Origin: Candidatus Micrarchaeota archaeon
GTDB taxonomy: Archaea; Micrarchaeota; Micrarchaeia; Norongarragalinales; SBBD01
Direction of reading: 5' to 3'
NCBI GenBank assembly: GCA_043806595.1
Contig: JAZDGU010000008.1
Coordinates: forward strand, 1 to 25,026
DNA: 25,026 nt
Both the position numbers and the translations under genes were made by a program. The notes under the pieces are model-generated. The model did no database searches, was not told where the DNA came from, and saw only the letters and a program-made list of their open reading frames with translations. Below, piece after piece: positions 8,407 to 16,736 of this stretch (the first letter of the stretch is position 1; the number at the start of each line of letters is the position of its first letter).

Positions 8407-8465
8407 GGGAGCGGGGGAGGGCGCGGGCGGAGGGCAGGGGGGCGTGGGTCGGGGAGGGGGCGGGG
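8407..8465 (+). repeat. G-rich tract with ten G3+ runs (potential G-quadruplex) between back-to-back TATA boxes
   Basis: GGGAGCGGGGGAGGGCGCGGGCGGAGGGCAGGGGGGCGTGGGTCGGGGAGGGGGCGGGG. Confidence 0.65.
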
Positions 8466-8499
8466 AAGGCATTTAAAGCAGGGATTCGTAGGATGGCGC

Positions 8500-9066
8500 A
8501 TGGAAGGGAATCGGCTTAAGGCGGTGACGGCGGTAGAGTTCATCATGCTTGCGGGCGCCGCGGTGTTCATGATAGTAATCATCAGCAGGTTTTCCGTGGT
8601 CAACATCTTCAACCCTTCCATGAACCAGAGCAACGGCACGTCTTCCGAAATCGCGGAGCAGAAGAAGTGCGTGCTCGCCGGCTGCGCGGACATGTGCTGG
8701 AAGGACGGCGGCACGGAGTACAGGAACCATTCAGGCACGTGCGTCGCCGGGAAGTGCATCTACCGGGGAATGGAGATTTGTGCGAACGGCTGCACGGACG
8801 GATATTGCGAGGGCCTAGGGCCTACCGCGGACTTCACCAACTCGAGCCAGGGCGGGTTTTGGGTAAGGCTGGCGTCCTCGGCGTACGACCCTGACGGGAA
8901 GATTACGGAGGCGTACTGGGACTTCGGGGACGGGCATACCAATACTACGCTTCGAAGCCCGGTGGACCACCAGTATGGCGCGGCCGGCGAGTACAACGTC
9001 ACCCTTACGGTCGTGGATAACGCGGGGAATGAGGACTCCGTGACAAAGCCCGTGCTGGCTACGTGA
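8500..9066 (+). CDS. Pilin-like N-terminus plus Cys-rich segment plus PKD domain surface protein (188 aa)
   Basis: MEGNRLKA|VTAVEFIMLAG; eight-Cys cluster; PKD motif YDPDGKI...YWDFGDG...HQY...GEYNVTLTVVDNAG; TATA at 8471. Confidence 0.82.
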   Translation: MEGNRLKAVTAVEFIMLAGAAVFMIVIISRFSVVNIFNPSMNQSNGTSSEIAEQKKCVLAGCADMCWKDGGTEYRNHSGTCVAGKCIYRGMEICANGCTDGYCEGLGPTADFTNSSQGGFWVRLASSAYDPDGKITEAYWDFGDGHTNTTLRSPVDHQYGAAGEYNVTLTVVDNAGNEDSVTKPVLAT

Positions 9067-10096
9067 TCGGCTGGAAGCCGCATCCCTTGACGCGCACAAT
9101 GGCGCCGCTGGCGGATATTTCCACCTCAGGGAGGAATTCGCGGATCACGGCGGCGTTTGTCTTGAAGTGGGAAGAGGCCTCGGGAACCGTGAAACTGGAC
9201 TCGCCGGCGGCGAGGGCGCAGTAGGGGAGGAGCTGGTCGGCGAGGAACGCGTCGACGGACGCATGGGAGGAATCGAATTCGAGCAGGGCGCGGGCGGCCT
9301 CGGCGCCGACGGCCTCTGCGGGCCTGCCCTTTGCGCCGAGGGAGGAGAAGCCCTCCGTGCAATGCCCGTATTCCGCCTGCAGGAAGACGCAGGTGCCGGG
9401 GGAGGCGGACTCCGCGCCGCGGATTTCAACGGATTTGGGGCACGATAAGCCCGAGAGGGCGGCCAATGCGGACGACTTCTGGCGCTCCGCAATGAGAGCG
9501 GGTAGTGAGGAGGCGAGGGAGACGCCGGAGACGGATTTGAGCGCGCCGCGCGCGGGGAGGGCGAAAGGCGTGAGTGGAAGTTGCGGCGTAGTGATTTCTG
9601 CGGAGATCCTTCCGCCGCCGGCGGGGTAGAAGCCGTGCCGGTGCAGGTGCAGGGAGATTCCCGCACCCATTCGCCGGATTGCGGGGGCGAACACTTTTTC
9701 GGCGTAGTCGAAGCAAGGACTCCACGGCACGTGCGTGCCGCCCGAGATTTCAATGCGGGAGGGCGAGGAGGCGTAGAGTAGGGGCGGGAGGAGGGTCTGG
9801 AGCACGAGCAGGGAGGAGCCGGCCGTGGAAACCGAGAAGGAATGGCCGCCGGGGAAGAGGCCTTGCGGGGAGAAGGAGAGGCAGGGCGAGCCGAGGGAGT
9901 TGCCCGAGACTTGGGCGCGCGAGATTTCCGCGAGGGCGTTGACGGCGGCGAGGTGCTGCGCCTGCAGGCCAGGGTTGGGGCGGGAGGTCCTGATGCCCGC
10001 GATCTTGAAGGGAACCTGCAGGAGGACGGAGAGGGACAGCGCGGTGCGGAGTATCTGCCCGCCGCCCTCGGACTGCGAGCCGTCGATTGAAATCAA
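9059..10096 (-). CDS. rtcA: RNA 3'-terminal phosphate cyclase
   Basis: IDGSQSEGGGQILRTALSLS, RPNPGLQAQH, GGTHVPWSP, GFYPAGGG, LADQL, SSHFKTN (catalytic His). Confidence 0.96.
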   Translation of the reverse strand: MISIDGSQSEGGGQILRTALSLSVLLQVPFKIAGIRTSRPNPGLQAQHLAAVNALAEISRAQVSGNSLGSPCLSFSPQGLFPGGHSFSVSTAGSSLLVLQTLLPPLLYASSPSRIEISGGTHVPWSPCFDYAEKVFAPAIRRMGAGISLHLHRHGFYPAGGGRISAEITTPQLPLTPFALPARGALKSVSGVSLASSLPALIAERQKSSALAALSGLSCPKSVEIRGAESASPGTCVFLQAEYGHCTEGFSSLGAKGRPAEAVGAEAARALLEFDSSHASVDAFLADQLLPYCALAAGESSFTVPEASSHFKTNAAVIREFLPEVEISASGAIVRVKGCGFQPIT

Positions 10097-10101
10097 GGGG
10101 A

Positions 10102-10476
10102 TCAGTCTCCGTCTTCCCCGCGCGCCTTGACGATGGCTTCCGCGATGTTGCCGCCGCTCTCCTCGAGGGCTGCGACGGCCTGCTCGCGCGGCACCTTCGC
10201 CTGTTCCATGACGAGCTCGACGTCGCGCTCGAAGGAGTCCTCCTCCTTTTCCGCGGGCGCAGCATCGGCGGGCGCGCCTGCCTCGGCTTCCTCGCCTGAA
10301 ACCTGGTAGGTCTTCTGGCCGGACATGACCATCGCCACAACGGAAGGCTTTGAGATTTCTAGGATAGTGCCGTCCTTGCGGTGTATGACGACCTTCTCGG
10401 CGTCGATTTCCTCGGAGGAAATCCCGAGCTGCTTCATCATTTGGGCCATCTGCTTGGGGTTCATCTTCGGCAGCAT
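10102..10476 (-). CDS. nac: Archaeal nascent polypeptide-associated complex protein
   Basis: MNPKQMAQMMKQLGI...TYQVSG, C-terminal UBA-like DVELVMEQA...ALEESGGNIAEAI. Confidence 0.95.
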   Translation of the reverse strand: MLPKMNPKQMAQMMKQLGISSEEIDAEKVVIHRKDGTILEISKPSVVAMVMSGQKTYQVSGEEAEAGAPADAAPAEKEEDSFERDVELVMEQAKVPREQAVAALEESGGNIAEAIVKARGEDGD

Positions 10477-10552
10477 TGCTACACCTCTTTCGGAAACTGA
10501 ACCGTTAGTCTTTTAAGCCGCCCGCCGTTTTTATATTCGAAGGTTGGATTGC

Positions 10553-10918
10553 ATGCCCGGAGAGAAGCCCGCGAAGAGCATCGAGACGCTGAAGGCGGAC
10601 GTCGCGACCATCGACTCAAAGATCGGGCTGATTGCGCAGAAGCTGAAGACCATAGAGAACAACCAGGAGGTCCTCGGCCAGACGATAGTCATGCAGAACG
10701 AGAAGCTAAAGGCGCTCGAGGCTGGGGGCGGCGGCACGGCGCAGGGCGGCCCGAAGGCATCCCCGGAGGACTCCGCGGGAATCAAGGCGGACGTCGAGGA
10801 CCTGCGAAAGCAGGTGCAGGAGCTGCGGTACGTGCTCAACAGCGTCAACCCGCTTGAGTTCGTGACCGTCGACCAGGTCAAGGAGATGCTCAAGGACAGG
10901 CAGGCGCCCAAGGCCTAG
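10553..10918 (+). CDS. Hypothetical coiled-coil protein
   Basis: Host-like codon usage, heptad pattern, TATA (TTTTATATT ~10530) before ATG 10553, T-run after the stop. Confidence 0.75.
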   Translation: MPGEKPAKSIETLKADVATIDSKIGLIAQKLKTIENNQEVLGQTIVMQNEKLKALEAGGGGTAQGGPKASPEDSAGIKADVEDLRKQVQELRYVLNSVNPLEFVTVDQVKEMLKDRQAPKA

Positions 10919-10970
10919 ACTGTTTTTTCATAAAATTGCAGCGGAAACTGGGCTCCGAAATGGTTAAATA

Positions 10971-10986
10971 TGTGTATGCATACACA
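10971..10986. promoter_or_regulatory. Perfect 16-bp palindrome, probable VapB operator
   Basis: TGTGTATGCATACACA between TTAAATA (10964-10970) and the vapB ATG (10994). Confidence 0.7.
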
Positions 10987-10993
10987 CATACAC

Positions 10994-11209
10994 ATGGCAT
11001 TCAAGAACATCTCGCTTTCGCTGGAGGCGTATGACGCGCTCAAGCGCCTGCAGAGGCAGGGGGAGAGCTTCTCGAAAATCGTGCTGAGGCTCGCCCGCAA
11101 GGACGACATTTCCGACGTGTTCGGAATCCTTTCCGATTCCGAGGCAGGAGCTTGGAAAAGAGGCGTAACTTCGGTCAGGAGGAAAACGAGGGTAAGGACA
11201 TGGCACTAA
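10994..11209 (+). CDS. vapB: Archaeal VapB-type antitoxin (DUF217-like)
   Basis: MAFKNISLSLEAYDALKRLQRQGESFSKIVLRL signature; overlaps the PIN gene. Confidence 0.88.
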   Translation: MAFKNISLSLEAYDALKRLQRQGESFSKIVLRLARKDDISDVFGILSDSEAGAWKRGVTSVRRKTRVRTWH

Positions 11210-11577
11210 TTGACACGAGCGCGGTAATCGACTTGGGGCACGGAAACAAGAAGGCGCGCGAGGCCGTTGAAAGGGCCGGCGGGCAGTACGCCGTCAAGGT
11301 TCCTGCACCAGTAATTTTTGAGCTGTCTGCAGGAAACCCAGCGGGATTGGATGAGAGAAGGCGGCGGCTGGTAGGAGTCTTTGCCGAAATGCCGTTCACT
11401 GCGGCGCACGCAGAAAAGGCGGGAATCGTCTACAAACAGCTCAGGGAAAAAGGGCTGGAAATAGACGCGTTTGATGCCATGATTGCCGGCACCGCCCTCG
11501 TCGAAGGCCAGCCGGTAATCACCGCAAATGCCAGGCACTTCAGCCGCGTCGAAGGGCTGCAAGTGATTTCGTACTAG
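11200..11577 (+). CDS. vapC: VapC PIN-domain ribonuclease toxin
   Basis: LIDTSAVID, FEL, IDAFDAMIAGTAL, ITANARHFSRVEGL. Confidence 0.93.
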   Translation: MALIDTSAVIDLGHGNKKAREAVERAGGQYAVKVPAPVIFELSAGNPAGLDERRRRLVGVFAEMPFTAAHAEKAGIVYKQLREKGLEIDAFDAMIAGTALVEGQPVITANARHFSRVEGLQVISY

Positions 11578-11665
11578 AGCTGAGGGATTCCAGCCCCCAC
11601 ACCCTCCGGCTGCTCGGAACATATTTAAACCTTGTCCGGCATATCAGATTCCTCTATTTGTTCAC

Positions 11666-11692
11666 GCAATCGATGAACGAAGGTGAGATTGT
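11666..11692 (+). promoter_or_regulatory. Kink-turn in the L7Ae 5' leader enclosing the Shine-Dalgarno sequence (autoregulatory element)
   Basis: GCAAUC-GAU-GA-AC-GAAG-GU-GA-GAUUGU: C-stem, 3-nt bulge, tandem G.A pairs; contains AAGGUGA; ends 3 nt before the AUG. Confidence 0.8.
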
Positions 11693-11695
11693 AAC

Positions 11696-12331
11696 ATGGC
11701 AGCGCCACACGTGAAGTTTGAGACGCCCTCGGACGTCCAGAAGAAGTCCCTCGAGGCCATTGAGGCCGCGAGGACCGCGGGAGGAGTCCGCAAGGGCACC
11801 AACGAGTGCACCAAGGCGATCGAGCGCGGCGAGGCCACGCTCGTGGTAATCGCCGAGGACGTCGACCCGCCCGAGATAGTCATGCACCTTCCCCAGCTGT
11901 GCGCGGAGAAGAAGGTGCCGTACGTCTACGTCGCAAGCAAGGTCGCCCTTGGCAAGGCTGCAGGGCTCAATGTCGGCTCGAGCGCCATAGCGGTCACCAA
12001 GCCCGGGAACTCAGCCAACGAGCAGACCGTCAAGGAAATCGCGTCCAAGATGGCCGCGAAGTACGAGTTCAAGACCGAGGACAGGCCCGCCACCGTGAAG
12101 GAGGCCAAGGAGAAGAAGAAGGCCGAGAAGGCGGTCAAGCCCAAGAGGGAGAAGCCCGCGGCGAAGAAGCCCGAGGCCAAACAGGAGCAGAAGCCTGCAG
12201 AGAAGAAACCGGAAGCGAAGACGGAACCCAAGGCGGAAGAGAAGCCCAAGCCCGAGGCCAAACAGGAGCAGAAGCCGGAGGCGAAGCCGGAACCCAAGGC
12301 GGAGGAAAAGCCCGCCGAGAAGAAGGAGTAG
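11696..12331 (+). CDS. rpl7ae: 50S ribosomal protein L7Ae with K/E/P/A-rich C-terminal extension
   Basis: [15 protein letters not shown]...[28 protein letters not shown]...LGKAAGL. Confidence 0.97.
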   Translation: MAAPHVKFETPSDVQKKSLEAIEAARTAGGVRKGTNECTKAIERGEATLVVIAEDVDPPEIVMHLPQLCAEKKVPYVYVASKVALGKAAGLNVGSSAIAVTKPGNSANEQTVKEIASKMAAKYEFKTEDRPATVKEAKEKKKAEKAVKPKREKPAAKKPEAKQEQKPAEKKPEAKTEPKAEEKPKPEAKQEQKPEAKPEPKAEEKPAEKKE

Positions 12332-12353
12332 ACTTTTTTTAGAGTGAAGCGAC

Positions 12354-12665
12354 ATGGGCGGAATGAAGGGACCCAAGATCAACAAGATGCCTGTGGCGAA
12401 CGCGCCGCAGGAGAAGAAGGAGGAGTACGCCAAGGCCGACCAGAGCGGCTTCCTCGCGGAGGTCGTCGAGATCGCGGGCCGCACGGGCGTGTTCGGCGAG
12501 ATCACGCAGGTGCTGGCACGCATCCTCGAGGGCAGGGACAAGGGCAGGGTCATCCGCAGGAACGTCAAGGGCCCGGTGCGCGTACGCGACTACCTCGTGC
12601 TCCCCGACACCGAGCGCGAGGCCAAGCCCCTCAAGAAGAAGAAGGTCAAGAAGAAACTGTTCTGA
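12354..12665 (+). CDS. rps28e: 30S ribosomal protein S28e with N- and C-terminal extensions
   Basis: [19 protein letters not shown]...[20 protein letters not shown]...EREA. Confidence 0.96.
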   Translation: MGGMKGPKINKMPVANAPQEKKEEYAKADQSGFLAEVVEIAGRTGVFGEITQVLARILEGRDKGRVIRRNVKGPVRVRDYLVLPDTEREAKPLKKKKVKKKLF

Positions 12666-12675
12666 GTGAAACCTG

Positions 12676-13074
12676 ATGGCAACCTGCAGCTTCTGCGGAA
12701 CCGACATCCTCCCCGGCCGCGGGGTCACGCTCTACAAGCGCGACGGCACCGGCCTGCACTTCTGCAGCCGCAAGTGCGAGGTCAACACGCGCATGGGCCG
12801 CAACCCCCGCAAGCTTAAATGGACCGAGAGGTTCGCCAGCACCGCGAGGAAGAAGAAGACCGATGCCGCGCCAGCTGGTGCGGACGGACCCGCGGCAAAG
12901 GCGGGCAAGCCCGAAAGGAAGAAGAGCCGCGAGAGGAAGGCGCGCAAGGCCTTGCAGGCCGCGGATGCCGCCAAGCTGGCGGAGAAGAAGCCGGAAGCCA
13001 AGCCCGAGCCCAAGGCGGAGGAAAAGCCCGCGGAGGCGCCCAAGGAGTCTGAAGCGGCTACTGCTCAGGCGTAG
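12676..13074 (+). CDS. rpl24e: 50S ribosomal protein L24e with C-terminal extension
   Basis: CSFCG..I.PGRG...KRDG...FCSRKC...RNPRKLKWT. Confidence 0.96.
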   Translation: MATCSFCGTDILPGRGVTLYKRDGTGLHFCSRKCEVNTRMGRNPRKLKWTERFASTARKKKTDAAPAGADGPAAKAGKPERKKSRERKARKALQAADAAKLAEKKPEAKPEPKAEEKPAEAPKESEAATAQA

Positions 13075-13549
13075 TCCTCGGCAGACTGACGAAAAAATCC
13101 TTGTTCCTAGCCCCGAGAATGTACCCTTTCCGTATGTAATGCTTCAATCGATTCAGCTGGCTGATCGAAAGCGGGGAGCGCCAGTTCCCGATTGAAGCGA
13201 ACGCAGGGTCCGCCTGCATCTCGTTGTTCAAATCCAGCAGGCCCGGAAGGCTTGCCGAAACCCGGTCAACGCCCCGCTTCTGCTCGGCGTGCGGGTGCAT
13301 CAAGGGGCCATCGTGCGCCAGAAACCTGAAAGACAGGGCGGTGCGGCGTTCCTCCGCAATGCCTCTTGCACCGGAGTACGCGGCGTTGGAGAGAACACCT
13401 CCGAAAAACCATCCGGGCTGGTGGAAAAATTTCCGTTGCTCTGCCGGGTTTCGGTATATGCCGAGAGCCTGGCCTGCGTTGAAGGCAGCGGTCTCGAGGT
13501 AACTCCTCGGCACCCGGATGCGGGGCGACGGTTCGTTCATGTATACCAC
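13058..13549 (-). CDS. Hypothetical protein
   Basis: 163-aa ORF filling the gap, TTTAAA ~25 nt upstream; no recognised motif; 17-nt convergent overlap with rpl24e. Confidence 0.5.
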   Translation of the reverse strand: MVYMNEPSPRIRVPRSYLETAAFNAGQALGIYRNPAEQRKFFHQPGWFFGGVLSNAAYSGARGIAEERRTALSFRFLAHDGPLMHPHAEQKRGVDRVSASLPGLLDLNNEMQADPAFASIGNWRSPLSISQLNRLKHYIRKGYILGARNKDFFVSLPRTTPEQ

Positions 13550-13719
13550 CGGGCAAATGCTGAAACCACCGGTTTTTAAACTTGCGCATGCAGTATAATG
13601 GCAAGACTGTATGGCTGGGCATAAGGCCGTTATTCTGAGAGGGATTGCGACGCAACGTCTAATTCTTTGAGGGTTTTGGCTTCAAGCGCTCAGCATGCGG
13701 TATATGTAAGGTGAAATGA

Positions 13720-14085
13720 ATGGGATTCAGGGACAGAGGCTACGGAGGTAGCGACGGCGGATATGGCGGCGGCGGACGCAGCAGGCCATCTTTCGACGGC
13801 GGTATGAACCGCGAAGTGCCGGTCAAGACCGGAGAGGAGTACGACTTGGAAATCACCGACGTCGCCAAGAAGGGCGACGGCATCGGGAAGGTCGAAGGCT
13901 TCATAATCTTCGTCGCGGGCGCGCACAAGGGAGACAAGCTCCGCGTGCGCATCTCGCAGGTGAGGAACCGCTTCGCCATCGGCGAGGTCGTGGGCAGCGG
14001 CGGCTCTGCCGAGGCTCCGGCAACGGAGTCCGAGGTGCCCGCCGAGGCCGGCGAGGAAGCCGACGAAGAGCAGCCCGCCCAGTAG
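13720..14085 (+). CDS. Single TRAM-domain RNA-binding protein (archaeal cold-shock-type) with Gly/Arg-rich N-terminus and acidic tail
   Basis: PVKTGEEYDLEITDVAKKGDGIGKVEGFIIFVAGAHKGDKLRVRI...FAIGEVV; AAGGTGA SD. Confidence 0.93.
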   Translation: MGFRDRGYGGSDGGYGGGGRSRPSFDGGMNREVPVKTGEEYDLEITDVAKKGDGIGKVEGFIIFVAGAHKGDKLRVRISQVRNRFAIGEVVGSGGSAEAPATESEVPAEAGEEADEEQPAQ

Positions 14086-14116
14086 GTTCTAAACCAACGG
14101 CGGCAGGCGCAATCTA

Positions 14117-14139
14117 TTCTTTTTTTTTTCTTCTTTTTT
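14117..14139 (+). terminator. Oligo-T terminator after the TRAM gene
   Basis: TTCTTTTTTTTTTCTTCTTTTTT ~30 nt after the stop. Confidence 0.75.
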
Positions 14140-14260
14140 CATCCGATTTTATCCGATTGCCAGCCGCAGGCTCGCATTTCGCCGTTTGCCGAATGCCTTG
14201 TCTGCGGGCGGCGAGTTTTTATTCCTTGCCCGAGAATGAACCGAAACGCAGGAAAACCGC

Positions 14261-15526
14261 ATGAGGGGGACTGCGGACAACGGTGATGCCCGAGTGATAA
14301 GAATAACGCAGAGGGCGCAGGCGGCGCACTACGCGATACGCGACCCTGAAATCGCGGCGATAGTCGCGCAGATGAAGAGGGACGGCGAGAAGACGCTAGA
14401 GCTCAACATCGGCGACCCCGGGGCGTACGACGGGGCGTACGGGTTCTCCATGCCGGGGCACATCAAGAAAGAGCTGGCGAAAATCATCGCGGAAGGCGGG
14501 AAGTACGACGGCTATGCGACGGAGCAGGGCGAGCCGGAGCTGAGGGAGGCCGTAGCGGAATATTCGAAAATGCAGGGCATTGCGGGCGCCTTGCCGGAGG
14601 ACGTCGTCGTCGGGAACGGGCTGAGCGAGCTGATTGACTACACGTTCGGCGTCGCGGTGGAGAAGGGAAGGAATGTCGTGCTGCCCCGACCGGACTATCC
14701 GCTGTACACGGCGCGCGTGCGGTGGTACGAGGGCGAGCCAAGGTATTACGGCCTGGACCCGGGGAACGGCTGGCAGCCGGACGTCGAGAGCATTGGCAGG
14801 CTTATCGACAAGGACACGTTCGCGGTCGTGCTGGTCAACCCCGGCAACCCCACCGGCGGCGTCATCGAGAGGGAGACGCTGAAGGCCGTGCTGGACGTCG
14901 TGCAGGACAAGGGCAAGGGAGAAGTCGCGGTCATGTCCGACGAAATCTACCATCTCCTGAGGTTCGATGGAAAGCACACGGCTACCGCCTCGCTGACGAA
15001 AAGCGTTCCGGTAATCACAATGGACGGCCTATCCAAGGGCTATTATTCGCCGGGGTGGCGCATCGGCCACGAGCTTTTCTCGAACTTCGCGGACGACACC
15101 CTGAGGAAGGCGCTCGTGAAGGTGTGCGCGTTCCGGCTGTCGGCGAACAAGGCGGTGCAGACCGCATACGCCCGCGGAATCCGCGAGAGGGATCAGAACA
15201 GGGCGGAATACGCGAAATTCCTGGCGATGCTCAAGGAGAGGGCGGACTTCACGGCGCGGAGGCTGAACTCCATCGACGGCGTCGAGTGCGTGCCGCCCAA
15301 GGGCGCGTTCTACGCGTTCCCGCAGCTGAAGAAGGGTAAGTGGAAGACGGACAAGGAGTTCGTGGTGTCGCTGCTGAAGGGGAAGGGCGTGCGCGTCGTG
15401 CCCGGCAGCGGCTTCGCGATGGAGCCCGAGGACAGGTTCTTCCGCGTGGTGACGCTTCCCGACGTCGGGACGCAGAAGCAGGCGTACGACAGGCTGGAGG
15501 AATTTCTCAAGGAGGATTCCAGCTGA
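14261..15526 (+). CDS. PLP-dependent aminotransferase class I/II (alanine/aspartate aminotransferase-like)
   Basis: LNIGDP, GNGLSE, PDYPLY, NPGNPTG, SDEIY, GLSKGYYSPGWRIG (PLP Lys), PKGAFYAFP, VPGSGF, FRVV. Confidence 0.93.
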   Translation: MRGTADNGDARVIRITQRAQAAHYAIRDPEIAAIVAQMKRDGEKTLELNIGDPGAYDGAYGFSMPGHIKKELAKIIAEGGKYDGYATEQGEPELREAVAEYSKMQGIAGALPEDVVVGNGLSELIDYTFGVAVEKGRNVVLPRPDYPLYTARVRWYEGEPRYYGLDPGNGWQPDVESIGRLIDKDTFAVVLVNPGNPTGGVIERETLKAVLDVVQDKGKGEVAVMSDEIYHLLRFDGKHTATASLTKSVPVITMDGLSKGYYSPGWRIGHELFSNFADDTLRKALVKVCAFRLSANKAVQTAYARGIRERDQNRAEYAKFLAMLKERADFTARRLNSIDGVECVPPKGAFYAFPQLKKGKWKTDKEFVVSLLKGKGVRVVPGSGFAMEPEDRFFRVVTLPDVGTQKQAYDRLEEFLKEDSS

Positions 15527-15544
15527 TTGAAGGGCCCTGCGGTT

Positions 15545-16621
15545 TCAGCTGCAGCACCTGAAGCCGAGCTCGGAGTCGCGCAGCTTGGGGTCGATGCCTA
15601 CGGAGTATGCGAAGCACCCGCCTCGCGTGCCCGTGCGGAAGTCGCCGCCGCGGACGATGCCAAGGCCCTGCAGCGGCACCCCGGGGTGCGCTTCAACGGA
15701 ATAGTAGTCCTTGCCGTACTTCTCCTCGTCGGTGCCTGCGAACGCGGGGAACGCGCGCTTGGCCCCGAGTGAAAGCGCCTCCTCGTCGGTGTTGACGTAT
15801 CCGGATGAGGCCGGGGTTGCGTCGTCGGCGGCGTCAAGGACCCACTCGCGGACGTTTCCTATGAGGTCGTGTATGCCGATGTCGGAGATGCAGCCGCTGG
15901 CCTCGCCGGTCGCGAAGAGGCGCGAGCCCTCGATGTTGCATTCCTTGTCGCCGATGTTGCCGTGCTTCTCGCCGCCTATGTTGCAGGCCGCTGAGAATTG
16001 CTTGGAGGTGCAGAGGCGCTTGCCCACCGACCCGCAGGCCGAAACGGCCTCGGCGTACGTCGGATTGACCCACGGGGCCTTGCCTCCCGCCGAGGAGGGG
16101 GTGCCGTTGTAGTCCCTGCTGGCCTCGAAGCTGTCAATGCAGAAGTCTCCGTTGGCGATGTACTGCATGCCCTTGGCGCACGGCTTGCGGGGCATCCGTA
16201 TCGTTCCTTCCGAGGAATTGCAGATCTTTGCGGAACAAGACGACAAGGTGAAGGAATACATAGCGAGGTACGACAGGTTGGAGAGTGTGACCGAGTGGCG
16301 GGTGGCGTTCGTTTGGTTGGTTATCGAGAAGAACTTGCCGCCGGTGGCGTATTCGACGGAGGCGTTCGAGAAGTCGCCTGCAGTCCACGTGATCCTCGCG
16401 GTGGTGCCGTTCACCGTCCAGTTCAGGGACGATATGGAGAGCACTGGTGCGGCGGTGGGCCCCGGCGTCGGCGACGGCGACGGCGGGAGCGGCGTGGCCT
16501 TTACCGTCGGCTTGGGGGTCGCGGAGGGCTTCTTCGGCGTGGGCGCCGGCTTGGAGCCTCCGGAGTCGAGGCAGCCGAAGAGCAGCATGCCGATGACGAG
16601 GAGCGCGAGGATTTTCTTCAT
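15545..16621 (-). CDS. Lipoprotein with FN3-like domain and C-terminal FGE-sulfatase (C-type lectin fold) domain
   Basis: MKKILALLVIGMLLFG|C lipobox, Pro/Thr linker, ARITWT...SVEY...HSVTLSNL, FCIDSFEAS, GKRLCT, HDLIGNVREWV, RGGDF, GFRCC. Confidence 0.85.
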   Translation of the reverse strand: MKKILALLVIGMLLFGCLDSGGSKPAPTPKKPSATPKPTVKATPLPPSPSPTPGPTAAPVLSISSLNWTVNGTTARITWTAGDFSNASVEYATGGKFFSITNQTNATRHSVTLSNLSYLAMYSFTLSSCSAKICNSSEGTIRMPRKPCAKGMQYIANGDFCIDSFEASRDYNGTPSSAGGKAPWVNPTYAEAVSACGSVGKRLCTSKQFSAACNIGGEKHGNIGDKECNIEGSRLFATGEASGCISDIGIHDLIGNVREWVLDAADDATPASSGYVNTDEEALSLGAKRAFPAFAGTDEEKYGKDYYSVEAHPGVPLQGLGIVRGGDFRTGTRGGCFAYSVGIDPKLRDSELGFRCCS

Positions 16622-16736
16622 GTGCAGATACCGCATGCGGGGAATAAAAATCGGATGGGTGCCCCAAGGAATGCTTTAAAAAAACGAGCGCCCACAAGAG
16701 AATCGTTCTGATGCAAGCTTGAACCGGGGGGTCAGC

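Noticed and set aside
12160..12320. Short direct repeats as a CRISPR-like array
   Set aside because: In-frame coding repeats of the L7Ae tail; no regular repeat-spacer pattern and no cas genes.
15545..15700. Complete DGR cassette
   Set aside because: No reverse transcriptase, template repeat or avd gene seen in the window.
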